DNA from: Bacteroidota bacterium
GTDB taxonomy: Bacteria > Bacteroidota > Bacteroidia > UKL13-3
DNA: 64,000 bases
Assembly (NCBI GenBank): GCA_013298895.1
Contig: JAAFJM010000006.1
Location: 27,673-91,672 of the forward strand
Direction of reading: 5' to 3'
Part shown: positions 1 to 9,512 of the stretch, piece after piece
Position numbering within the stretch: the first letter of the stretch is position 1
How the letters are laid out: each line of letters begins with the position of its first letter
Made by a program: the position numbers and the translations under genes
Notes under the pieces: generated by a model
Database searches by the model: none
What the model saw: the letters and a program-made list of their open reading frames with translations, nothing else
What the model was told of the DNA's origin: nothing

Positions 1-2261
1 GGATTTGCTTTAAGGTCTAATATTTCTGCCTCAAGTAAAACTTTATCTAGTAATAAATCAATGTTCAAACCTTTTTTAGCAGAAATTTCTTGGGTTTGGT
101 ATTTACCACCCCATTCTTCTACTAGTATATTCATTTGGGCTAATTGCTCTCTGATTTTTTCAGTATTAGCACCATCTTTGTCTATTTTATTGAATGCAAA
201 AACTATAGGAACACCAGCTGCTTGCGCATGACTGATTGCTTCTTTTGTTTGAGGCATTACACTATCATCGGCAGCAATAACAATAATTACAATATCGGTA
301 ATTTTAGCACCACGAGCACGCATAGCGGTAAATGCCTCGTGACCAGGAGTATCTAAAAATGCAATTTTTTTGCCACTATCTAATGTAACTTCGTAAGCTC
401 CAACGTGCTGAGTAATACCACCCGCTTCTCCTGCAATAACATTTGCTTTACGTATATAATCTAACAATGAAGTTTTACCGTGATCTACGTGACCCATTAC
501 TGTTACAATTGGCGCACGAGGTAATAAATCTGCAGGATCGTCAATATCTTCTTCTACTGCTTCTTGTACCTCAGCACTCACAAAGTCAACTTCAAAACCA
601 AATTCTTCTGCAACAATACTAATAGTTTCTGCATCTAAACGTTGGTTAATTGAAACCATCATACCCAAACTCATACAAGCTGAGATAATTTGAGTAACCG
701 TTACTTCCATCATTTTAGCTAATTCATTAGCTGTAACAAATTCGGTAACTTTTAATACTTTGTTGGCTAATTCAGCCTCAATTGCAGCTTCTTCTCTTTC
801 ACTTCGCGCATCATCTCTTTTTTGCTTACGTATTTTTGAACGAACAGCTCCAATATTTGGATTTTTACTTCCTGGATTTAAACGAGCTAAAGTTGCTTTT
901 AATTTATCTTGAACTTCTTTATCAGTAATTTCTTTCTTCTCACCTGGTTTGTATGGTGTATTATTACCAAAGCGATTTCCACCAGCAGTATTATTACCAC
1001 CTTTATTAAATGGCGGACGTGTACCACCGTTTGGATTATTTCCTTGATAACCTGGGCGATTATTGTTTGGGTTGTTTCCTTGGTAACCTGTTCTAGGAGT
1101 ACCTGTTCCATTATTAGGATTATTTCCCTGATAACCAGGTCTATTTCCTCCAGTATTATTTCCTTGGTATGGAGGGCGAGTTGTACCGTCTGCAGGTTTG
1201 TTAAATTTATTTAATTTATCATTAGAAGTATCACTTCCACCTATATAATTATTGCGTTTACGTTTTTTCTTGTTATTAGCATCACTTGATGCTACCGGTT
1301 TATTGCTACTTTTTGGTGGGTCAACTGGTAGAACAATTTTACCCATAACTTTAAGGCCGGAAAGTTTTTCGTAATTTGTTTCCATTACCTCTGTAGGTTT
1401 AACCTCAGTAGCTTCAAAAATAGGAGCTTCACTTACAGGAGCAACAGTTTCAATCTTAGCTTCTATTTCTTTTTCTACCTCTTTAGCAAGAATTATTGGT
1501 TTTTCAACAACCTCAATTTTAGGAGTTTCTTCCTTTTGAACTTGAACTTTTGTTTCCTTTGGAGTTGGTTTTTTCTCAACCACTTTAGATTTTTTTGTCT
1601 CTTTCGGACGTTTATCAGGTCGGGTTTTTGTATTTAATGAATCTAAATCAATTTTACCTAAAATGGTTAATTTAGGCGTTTCAGAGTCATTATCTTCACT
1701 ATTAATTTCTGATGATTTCTCAACAATTGGTTCAACTTTGGGTTCTTCAATTGGTTTCGATTCAATTATAATTTTCTCTTCAACTTTAGGAGCTACTTTT
1801 TCAATAACTTCAGAAACTGGTTCCTTAATTGGAGCTATAACAATTGGTTCTGTGATTATTTCAACAGCTGGTTCAGCTATTTTTTCTGAAGGCTGTTCAA
1901 CTGTCTTTGAAGTTTTAACTTCAATAGGTTTTTCATATCTATTTGATAAGCCTGATTTTACAACAACAATTTCGTCCTCGTAATCATCATCGCTAACATT
2001 AGCTTTTGGTTTCAGTTGTTCAATGGTTATATCTTTAGGCTTAACTTTGTTGTGGCTAAGTTGTTTAGATTCTTCCTTGTTTTTCTTTTCGCTTTGAAAA
2101 TCACTAAGCAACACCTTATATTGCTCTTCTGAAAGCTTTGTAGTTGGCTTAGCCTCAATGCTATGACCTTTTTTGGCTAAATGGTCCACAAGGGTTTGCA
2201 TTCCTACATTCAGCTCTTTTACTACCGCATTTAATCGTTTTGTTCCTGTGCTTTCGCTCAT
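1..2261 (-). CDS. infB: Translation initiation factor IF-2 (3' end runs off the window)
   Basis: Absent from the ORF track because no stop codon lies in the window. Manual translation from ATG at 2261 gives [20 protein letters not shown]...; G-domain motifs [39 protein letters not shown] and NKID are read near 150-500. Confidence 0.97.
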   Translation of the reverse strand, partial: MSESTGTKRLNAVVKELNVGMQTLVDHLAKKGHSIEAKPTTKLSEEQYKVLLSDFQSEKKNKEESKQLSHNKVKPKDITIEQLKPKANVSDDDYEDEIVVVKSGLSNRYEKPIEVKTSKTVEQPSEKIAEPAVEIITEPIVIAPIKEPVSEVIEKVAPKVEEKIIIESKPIEEPKVEPIVEKSSEINSEDNDSETPKLTILGKIDLDSLNTKTRPDKRPKETKKSKVVEKKPTPKETKVQVQKEETPKIEVVEKPIILAKEVEKEIEAKIETVAPVSEAPIFEATEVKPTEVMETNYEKLSGLKVMGKIVLPVDPPKSSNKPVASSDANNKKKRKRNNYIGGSDTSNDKLNKFNKPADGTTRPPYQGNNTGGNRPGYQGNNPNNGTGTPRTGYQGNNPNNNRPGYQGNNPNGGTRPPFNKGGNNTAGGNRFGNNTPYKPGEKKEITDKEVQDKLKATLARLNPGSKNPNIGAVRSKIRKQKRDDARSEREEAAIEAELANKVLKVTEFVTANELAKMMEVTVTQIISACMSLGMMVSINQRLDAETISIVAEEFGFEVDFVSAEVQEAVEEDIDDPADLLPRAPIVTVMGHVDHGKTSLLDYIRKANVIAGEAGGITQHVGAYEVTLDSGKKIAFLDTPGHEAFTAMRARGAKITDIVIIVIAADDSVMPQTKEAISHAQAAGVPIVFAFNKIDKDGANTEKIREQLAQMNILVEEWGGKYQTQEISAKKGLNIDLLLDKVLLEAEILDLKAN

Positions 2262-2522
2262 TAAAATTGTATCGAATTCTTTATAAATTTGTGCGAATAT
2301 CGTTATTTTTACTGAAATACATTGTTTTCTGTAAAAACTATTTTAATATTTAAAAAAATTTTATCAAAACTGTAAGGTAATTTTAAGCGTTACTTTAAAA
2401 TGAAAATGTGGTTTAATGTAGCGATAATACTTCAGACCTAGCCTTTTTCTACAGTAATTGTTGGAAATAATTTTTTAGTTTTTAGTTTTAATTTTAGTAA
2501 AAACATGACAAAAAATCTTTAT

Positions 2523-3707
2523 TTATACTAAATCTAAATTCTTTAAAATAATTTCAATTCCAATATTCAATTCATTTTTGCTTATCGTTAAGGGAGGTAC
2601 TATCCTTATAGAGCTATTGGCATATAAAAACCAATCAATAATTAATCCATCTGCCAAACATAACTGACATAATTTTAAGGTTTGCTCAAAATTATCTAAT
2701 TGTGCAGCAAGCATTAAACCTTTTCCACGTATTTCTTTTATTTTGGGGTGAATTAGATTTTCTCTAATAAAATTTTCTTTATCAGGTATTTTATTTATCA
2801 AATCAAGGTTTTCAATTTCAATTAATCCAGCCAATGCAGCTGCAGCTACCACTGCATGTCCACCAAAGGTGGTTATATGCCCCAAAATTGGATTGTCTGT
2901 AAACACATGCATCATTCGTTTTGAGGTGATAAATGCACCAATGGGCATACCTGCTCCTAGTGCTTTTCCCAATAATAAAACGTCTGGAACAATATTCCAA
3001 TGTTCAAATGCAAACATTTTCCCTGTTTTTCCAATTCCGGCTTGTATTTCATCAAAAATGAGCAATGCACAATTTTCTCTACATTTTTGTTGCAACGCAC
3101 TCAGAAATTCAATGGTTGGTTCTATATATCCTGCTTCACCTTGGATGGTTTCTATAATGACACATGCTGTTTGTTTGTCAATAATTTTTAAACTTTCAAT
3201 ATTGTTAAACTCTATAAATTCTATATCGGGTAATAGAGGACGATAAGGTTGTGTGTAATATTCATTACTGTTTAAACTTAAAGCAGCATGTGTACTGCCA
3301 TGATAAGCATTTTTGCAAGCAATTATTTTTGATTTTTTTGTAACACGTTTAGCTAATTTTAAGGCTCCATCTGTGGCTTCTGCGCCCGAATTTACTAAAT
3401 ATACGCAATCTAAATTTTCGGGTAAATAGTCTGTTATTTTTTTTGCTAATAATGCTGTAGGCTCCTGAATAAACTCTCCATACACCATTAAGTGAAGATA
3501 TTTGTCTACTTGGTTTTTTATAGCTGTCTTTACAGCTTCATTTCCATGACCTAAACTGCTAACCGAAATTCCCGATATGAAATCTAAATATTTTTTACCA
3601 GTTGAATCGTATAAAAACACACCTTCAGCTTTCGAAACTTCTAGCATAAGTGGGAAATTAGTTGTTTGTGCCTGATGTGAAAGAAATAATTGTCGGTTTG
3701 TAAGCAT
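2523..3707 (-). CDS. Class III PLP-dependent aminotransferase (acetylornithine aminotransferase family)
   Basis: NSGAEA, YHGST, ETIQGEAG, FDEIQAGIGKTG and LGKALGAG (PLP lysine) motifs. Confidence 0.9.
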   Translation of the reverse strand: MLTNRQLFLSHQAQTTNFPLMLEVSKAEGVFLYDSTGKKYLDFISGISVSSLGHGNEAVKTAIKNQVDKYLHLMVYGEFIQEPTALLAKKITDYLPENLDCVYLVNSGAEATDGALKLAKRVTKKSKIIACKNAYHGSTHAALSLNSNEYYTQPYRPLLPDIEFIEFNNIESLKIIDKQTACVIIETIQGEAGYIEPTIEFLSALQQKCRENCALLIFDEIQAGIGKTGKMFAFEHWNIVPDVLLLGKALGAGMPIGAFITSKRMMHVFTDNPILGHITTFGGHAVVAAAALAGLIEIENLDLINKIPDKENFIRENLIHPKIKEIRGKGLMLAAQLDNFEQTLKLCQLCLADGLIIDWFLYANSSIRIVPPLTISKNELNIGIEIILKNLDLV

Positions 3708-3908
3708 GTTGCAAATTAATTGAAAGTATCGGAAAATTTATAGACATAACTAATGCTGACAATAGTCAATATTAATAGTGACCGAGTGATTATTTTGTAC
3801 ACCACATTCAAATTAATTTTGAGTATCAAATAAGTAAAACTTATAACATAATTTTAAATCCCAATGTGTTTTTACTTATAATATTGTATTTGTAAAATCT
3901 TGACTATA

Positions 3909-4736
3909 ATGATAAATAAAATTCTAGTACCAACCGACTTTTCTGAAGTTGCAAATAATGCGTTGCAGTATGCAATAAGTTTGTCGTTAAAAATTAATGC
4001 AGAAATTCATCTTTTGTATGTTAAGAATGTTCCATTGGTTGATAGTTCTTACCCTGATACAATTTATCAAAGCTATATGAGTGAAATTGATGATTATACT
4101 ACAGATAGATTTGCTCATTTAAAAAATAGTACTTTGGAAATGAGTGGCGTAAAATATGTAACTCATTCGGCTTTTGGATTCATTAATGATGAAATTCAGG
4201 AGTTTACCAACCACAACAAAATTGATTTAATCATATTAGGTACAACTGGAGCAAGTGGTATTCAGGAAGTACTGATAGGTAGTAATGCTGCTTCTGTTGT
4301 TGCTAAATCTGAGGTCCCTGTTTTAGTAATTCCTCCATCGGCAAAATTTGAAGAGATAAAACATATTGTATATTCAAGTGATTTCAACGAGCCCGAATTT
4401 CCAGCTTTATCTCGTTTGGCATATTTTGCAGATTTATATAACGCTGAAATTAGTATTTTACACGTTAAATCTGAATTTGATAATTATTTTGATGAAGAGC
4501 ATAACTTTTTTGTAAAAAATAAAGATCAAATAGCTTTAAACAACTGGAAAATTGTGAAAGTAGAGGAAATAAGCAATGTTATAGATAGTATAAATAGTTA
4601 TGTAGAGAAAGAACACACTAACTTACTAGTTATGGCTAAGCACAATCGGAATTTCTTTGATAGATTATTTCACAGAAGTTTAAGTAAACAAATGGCTTAT
4701 CACACCAAAATTCCTTTATTGGTTTTAAATAAATAA
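3909..4736 (+). CDS. Universal stress protein (tandem Usp domains)
   Basis: KILVPTDFS N-terminus, LGTTGASG...IGSNA, and C-terminal IPLLVL; ATG at 3909 preferred over TTG at 3900. Confidence 0.92.
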   Translation: MINKILVPTDFSEVANNALQYAISLSLKINAEIHLLYVKNVPLVDSSYPDTIYQSYMSEIDDYTTDRFAHLKNSTLEMSGVKYVTHSAFGFINDEIQEFTNHNKIDLIILGTTGASGIQEVLIGSNAASVVAKSEVPVLVIPPSAKFEEIKHIVYSSDFNEPEFPALSRLAYFADLYNAEISILHVKSEFDNYFDEEHNFFVKNKDQIALNNWKIVKVEEISNVIDSINSYVEKEHTNLLVMAKHNRNFFDRLFHRSLSKQMAYHTKIPLLVLNK

Positions 4737-4775
4737 AAGGGTCTAAATTTTACACTAAAACAGGAGATTACATAG

Positions 4776-4815
4776 TTAAAAATGCCATTTATCAAGTGAC
4801 AAATGGCATTTTTAA
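4776..4815. terminator. Bidirectional intrinsic terminator between convergent usp and OmpA-domain genes
   Basis: TTAAAAATGCCATTT-N10-AAATGGCATTTTTAA inverted repeat. Confidence 0.8.
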
Positions 4816-4835
4816 TTATATAACTATATTAGAAA

Positions 4836-7295
4836 TTATTTAATTATTTTAAATTCAACTCTCCTATTTTTGGCTCTTCCTTCCACCGTTTTATTATTAG
4901 CTACTGGGTTTTTACTTCCAAAACCTTTAGCTGTAAGTCTAGTAGATTCTAAGCCTTTTGAAATTAAAAATTCTTTCACAGCATTTGCCCTACTTTGACT
5001 TAATTTTAAATTACTAGCTGGTTTACCTACATTATCTGTAAAGCCATTTATATTTAACTTATATTCTGACTTAATAATTAGTAATTCGGCTAATTCGGTT
5101 AAACTTAATAATGAACTCTCTTTAATTTTTGAAGTCCCTGTTTCAAACTCTAAATTACTAAAGGCTTCATTCAGTACTTTGGTTTCCTCCAGTGTCAGTA
5201 CCACCGCTTCAGGAATAGGATTAATAGCAGCAACAGGACAACCAGCGTTAGAAATAGGACCAGCTTCATTAGGGCAGTTATCTTCAAAATCGGTTAAACC
5301 ATCTAAATCACTGTCAGGACAACCATTTAACTCTTTTAAACCTTTTTGTGTAGGGCATTTATCTCGTTTATCTATGACACCATCACCATCTGAATCTGGG
5401 CATCCATTGAGTATTTTTAAACCGTAAACAAGTTTACAAGAATCTTGGTAATCGGCTACACCATCATTATCTATATCTGGGCAACCATCAAGTTCTAATT
5501 TACCATATTCATTAGGACATACATCTTCGTTATCAATAACTTTATCTCCATCTGTATCAGGACAACCATTCATATCTATTCTGCCTGAATCTAATGGACA
5601 CTTATCGTCTTTATCTGCTACACCATCATTATCTTTATCGGCACATCCCATCAATTTAGCATTTCCCTTTTCATTTAAACAACTATCTTTATAATCAGGC
5701 ACACAATCATCATCTTTATCAGGACAGCCAAATGCACAAGGCTTACCTGCAACATTAATGCAACTGTCTTTATTGTCAGCAATCCCATCTTTATCTTTAT
5801 CAGGGCAACCGTTCAATTCAATAGTGCCATACTTTTTAAAGCACTTATCTTTTTTGTTTGGAATTCCATCACCATCTCTATCGTTATTGTTACCAAAATT
5901 CCAATTTATCCCTGTTCTTATATTGATAAATTTTGCTTCATCATATTGAGTAACTGCCAATAAATTATCACTAAATAAATAGGTTTGAAATGGACCAAGA
6001 TTTAAAGACAAACCCAAACCTGCATTGTTAATTGTTTTGTTGTAATAAGTACCACTAATTCTTAAATCTAAAATTGACCATACTTTTTTGGTAAAAGCCA
6101 AACTAAGTGCTGGATTAAAAGTTTTTACTCCAAAATTATTAAAAAAAACAAAGTCGAAAGTATTATTATAATTGATTGCATATTGACCTCCTAAGTACAT
6201 TTTTGTACTTAAACTTGTTGAATAACTTCCTGTTGTTTCTTTAGGCACAAATACATTTTTTAAAAGAGAATCTTGCAAAGTTTTAAATCTATTCTCAATG
6301 AAGTTTGAATCATTTATTTGATTTAGTTCTTTTATGTCTTGTCCTTTATAGTTAAACTCTGCAACTGGCATATCATAAGATCTAGTATTTTTATTCCAAT
6401 TTATACTTCCTATGTCAATTATACTTGCAGATACTGAAAAATGTTGGTTGAATTTGTAATTTGCACCAATATCAAAACCCCAACCAGAGCCAGAAACAAG
6501 ACCTCTTTTGTCAAAAAATTTAGATATATCATTCATGAAATTATAATCACTTGGTACATCTTGGCTATTATTCAAAGTAGAATAAAACAACTTGTCAATA
6601 TTGAAATCATTTTTTCTTAAATCATCAATTCCGGCAGTATTAGCCTTAAAGCCCGCTTTTACATAAATAGAATCCATGTTAGATGAAATATTTAAAGTAC
6701 TTTGATCAATATTAATATTATAAATTCCTTGCAAATATTTTACCCTAAATCCAATACTTAATTTTTTACCAAATTCTCTAGTATAACCTAAATGAAAGTT
6801 ATAAGAAGCAGTGGAATTAATATCAATATTTCCTAAATTAGCTTGACGATTCAATGTATTTTGAAAAAAAGTTGATCCTTGTGTAAAACCGAGAATGTCT
6901 TTAGGAGGGCTACCATAAAAGTCAAAATTAGTTTGCAATCCTAAACTAAAATAATTTTTCTTAATGGCAAAGCCAATAAAAATTGGATCAAAAGTGGCAG
7001 ATAGCCCCACATTATTGAACGACAAATTATTATCACCCACAATACGTTTAAAAGTACTATCTGGATTTTCATTTTTGTTAAAAATATCTGCTAAAGTAAT
7101 TTCGGGTGTTTGGACACTTATATAAGAACCCACAAGGCCAAATGTAAAATTAGCTTGCGGTCTAATTCCTGGATTTAGTAAATTACTTTGACCAACATTT
7201 CTGAAATTATATAAGTTTAAATTAGTTTGAGCTTTTACAACGACACTCAAAATAAATAACTGAAAAACAATATTTAAAAAATATTTTATCTTCAT
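4836..7295 (-). CDS. Outer-membrane protein: DUF5723-like beta-barrel, 8 thrombospondin type-3-like repeats and a C-terminal OmpA peptidoglycan-binding domain
   Basis: Signal peptide; beta-strand-rich N-terminal region; eight DxDxDG(V/I)xDxxDxC repeats; GFTDNVG...NLKLSQSRA...NRRVEF OmpA motif. The DUF5723 label is by resemblance only. Confidence 0.8.
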   Translation of the reverse strand: MKIKYFLNIVFQLFILSVVVKAQTNLNLYNFRNVGQSNLLNPGIRPQANFTFGLVGSYISVQTPEITLADIFNKNENPDSTFKRIVGDNNLSFNNVGLSATFDPIFIGFAIKKNYFSLGLQTNFDFYGSPPKDILGFTQGSTFFQNTLNRQANLGNIDINSTASYNFHLGYTREFGKKLSIGFRVKYLQGIYNINIDQSTLNISSNMDSIYVKAGFKANTAGIDDLRKNDFNIDKLFYSTLNNSQDVPSDYNFMNDISKFFDKRGLVSGSGWGFDIGANYKFNQHFSVSASIIDIGSINWNKNTRSYDMPVAEFNYKGQDIKELNQINDSNFIENRFKTLQDSLLKNVFVPKETTGSYSTSLSTKMYLGGQYAINYNNTFDFVFFNNFGVKTFNPALSLAFTKKVWSILDLRISGTYYNKTINNAGLGLSLNLGPFQTYLFSDNLLAVTQYDEAKFINIRTGINWNFGNNNDRDGDGIPNKKDKCFKKYGTIELNGCPDKDKDGIADNKDSCINVAGKPCAFGCPDKDDDCVPDYKDSCLNEKGNAKLMGCADKDNDGVADKDDKCPLDSGRIDMNGCPDTDGDKVIDNEDVCPNEYGKLELDGCPDIDNDGVADYQDSCKLVYGLKILNGCPDSDGDGVIDKRDKCPTQKGLKELNGCPDSDLDGLTDFEDNCPNEAGPISNAGCPVAAINPIPEAVVLTLEETKVLNEAFSNLEFETGTSKIKESSLLSLTELAELLIIKSEYKLNINGFTDNVGKPASNLKLSQSRANAVKEFLISKGLESTRLTAKGFGSKNPVANNKTVEGRAKNRRVEFKIIK

Positions 7296-7331
7296 AAAAG
7301 TAAATAAATTAATGGTAAAAAATAAATAGAA

Positions 7332-9428
7332 TTAAAGTTTAAAAGACGTAGTTACACCAAGAGATACTTTAATAAAATAATCACTAAAAACTTTCACAGT
7401 TTTGTTTCCATTATTTTCTGTTTTTAAAGTTGATTTCGTAATGATTTTATCTACTCCACTTTCCTTTAATTTTTTTAATAATATTTCATTTATTCCTATT
7501 TCACTCCTCGATTTTGTAGTTTGTATAACTTTACCATCGGCATCGGTTATTGCACTCAGTAAAATTGTTTTGTCGTTCAATGAGTCAATAATGGTGTTGG
7601 TTTTACTATTATAAAAATATAGCTTTAAAGTAGTTTCAAAAGGAAAACCATTTTCGGTATTTAAACCTAATGTAAATCTCGTAAATTGATTTAAAGAATT
7701 TATATCGAATTTACTAGTATCTGAAAGAGAAAAATTAGTTGTTCTTATTGCCAAAGGCAAATCTAACTCCACATCAACGCTTATACTTGAACCACGTTTT
7801 ACAAATTGATTTTTTGATTGGTCTTTAACAGCGTTAGTAATGGCTTTTCCTTCTACTTTAATACTGTGTGGTGGAAGCGACATGAGTTCATTAATTTTAC
7901 CATTATTATTTTTATTGCTATATACCTGTGTAGTTAGTTTTGTTTGATTAACCTCACTCACCGATGGGTAATTAGCTTCAAAAGGCAATAATTGGGCATC
8001 TTGACTTATACCATCGTTGTTTTTACCAATAAAATTATAATTAAATTTAATTGGTATCCCAATCGAATTATTCACTTTTAATTTAAGTTCTCCATCGTAA
8101 AGATTTAAGCCACCTTTTATTTTATCTAAAAATGAAAGGTTGATGAAATTATTATTATCTGATGGAACTTCAATTGTCCCTGGATAACCTTCAAAATATT
8201 CAAGTTGTAACTTGGTAGTTTCAATTCGTAAATTTATGTAATCCGAAGAGTCAAAAGCTACTGCATTACCGCTTGAAATAACCTTGGCAGTATAATTTAC
8301 TGGAATATAATTATATGGTTTATTTGGATTCTGTGTTAAATCAAAATCAACATTTGATATATCAATAGATGAATCAATAATGTTTGTGCCATTACCAGTA
8401 TATGGAATGTTAATAATTTGACTAGGAAACGGTAAACCATTCCTTTTGGCACCTGGAAAATTTATGGTTAGTTGAATAGGTTCTTTAATTGTAGATTGGG
8501 CAACAAACTTTAATTTACCTGCAGCCAAGTTCAACTTTCTGACCCTTTGTGTTGTATCGGATGGTGTAAAATCTATTTCAGTGCTCTTGGCTGGAATATC
8601 TTGATCAGGGAATTTAGCTACCCCGCTAATGGCACGTAAATTTCTTCCAATTGCATTGATAACGATTGAATCTTGGTAATTAATTAAAACAGCTGTTGGA
8701 GCTGAACTATTGGTATTTAAAATTGGTAAATTATATCCTAAAGTATTGCTCAAAGATTTATTTATTAATTGAATAGAATCCGATTTGCTGGCACCAGGGG
8801 CTATATTTGTGTAATTAAAAACACCAAGTTCCAATGGTGTTGGTGTAAGATTATATAATTTCAGCTGTATTGTATTTAAATTGACAGGTAATTTATTGGT
8901 GATTTTAATTATTAAGTAACCCTCCGAAAAAGTTATAGACGAAAACTCTGTAAAAGCTTCAAAAGAAGTAATATTTGAAATGTTTTCGCTTATGGCAGGA
9001 AAAATACTAACTGTACCTTCTACTGCATCAAAAGCAGCCTTGGACGCTGGGTTAAAACTTGTAGATAACTCTTGTAAGGTAACCTGTTTTGTGTTTCTAA
9101 CTTCTGAAATAAGAATTGAACCTAATTTATTATTTAAATTGGTCTTATTGGGGTTTTCAAATTCAAAAAAATCAGCCACATCATATTTGTAAAGGTTATC
9201 CTCTCTATATATAAAACGAACCAAACCGTTTGCATCAATCTTAATATTGGTAGTATCTTCTTCAACATAATTAAGCATACTTATTTTAGTATTTACCAAT
9301 GGTATGGCAAATTCAGGTGTAGGTTTATAAGTATCAAATTTCGAAAAATCAGTAGTGTCTTTCTTACATCCATTTAAAAAAAATAGACCAAAACTTAAAA
9401 CTAAAATTAAAGAGTACTTGTTTGTCAT
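7332..9428 (-). CDS. Large beta-rich lipoprotein of unknown function
   Basis: Lipobox FLNG-C followed by KKD; 698-aa ORF 36 bp upstream of the barrel gene on the same strand. Confidence 0.8.
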   Translation of the reverse strand: MTNKYSLILVLSFGLFFLNGCKKDTTDFSKFDTYKPTPEFAIPLVNTKISMLNYVEEDTTNIKIDANGLVRFIYREDNLYKYDVADFFEFENPNKTNLNNKLGSILISEVRNTKQVTLQELSTSFNPASKAAFDAVEGTVSIFPAISENISNITSFEAFTEFSSITFSEGYLIIKITNKLPVNLNTIQLKLYNLTPTPLELGVFNYTNIAPGASKSDSIQLINKSLSNTLGYNLPILNTNSSAPTAVLINYQDSIVINAIGRNLRAISGVAKFPDQDIPAKSTEIDFTPSDTTQRVRKLNLAAGKLKFVAQSTIKEPIQLTINFPGAKRNGLPFPSQIINIPYTGNGTNIIDSSIDISNVDFDLTQNPNKPYNYIPVNYTAKVISSGNAVAFDSSDYINLRIETTKLQLEYFEGYPGTIEVPSDNNNFINLSFLDKIKGGLNLYDGELKLKVNNSIGIPIKFNYNFIGKNNDGISQDAQLLPFEANYPSVSEVNQTKLTTQVYSNKNNNGKINELMSLPPHSIKVEGKAITNAVKDQSKNQFVKRGSSISVDVELDLPLAIRTTNFSLSDTSKFDINSLNQFTRFTLGLNTENGFPFETTLKLYFYNSKTNTIIDSLNDKTILLSAITDADGKVIQTTKSRSEIGINEILLKKLKESGVDKIITKSTLKTENNGNKTVKVFSDYFIKVSLGVTTSFKL

Positions 9429-9512
9429 AAATTTATTTCATTTACCACAAATTAAGTCATAATTATGTAAAAAAAAACATTCGAGTAAGTTAACTCTAAT
9501 AACTAATACAAA

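Noticed and set aside
144-1983. Short ORFs at 144-356, 899-1111, 909-1214 and 1663-1983
   Set aside because: They are shadows of the infB frame, which the track missed because it has no stop in the window.
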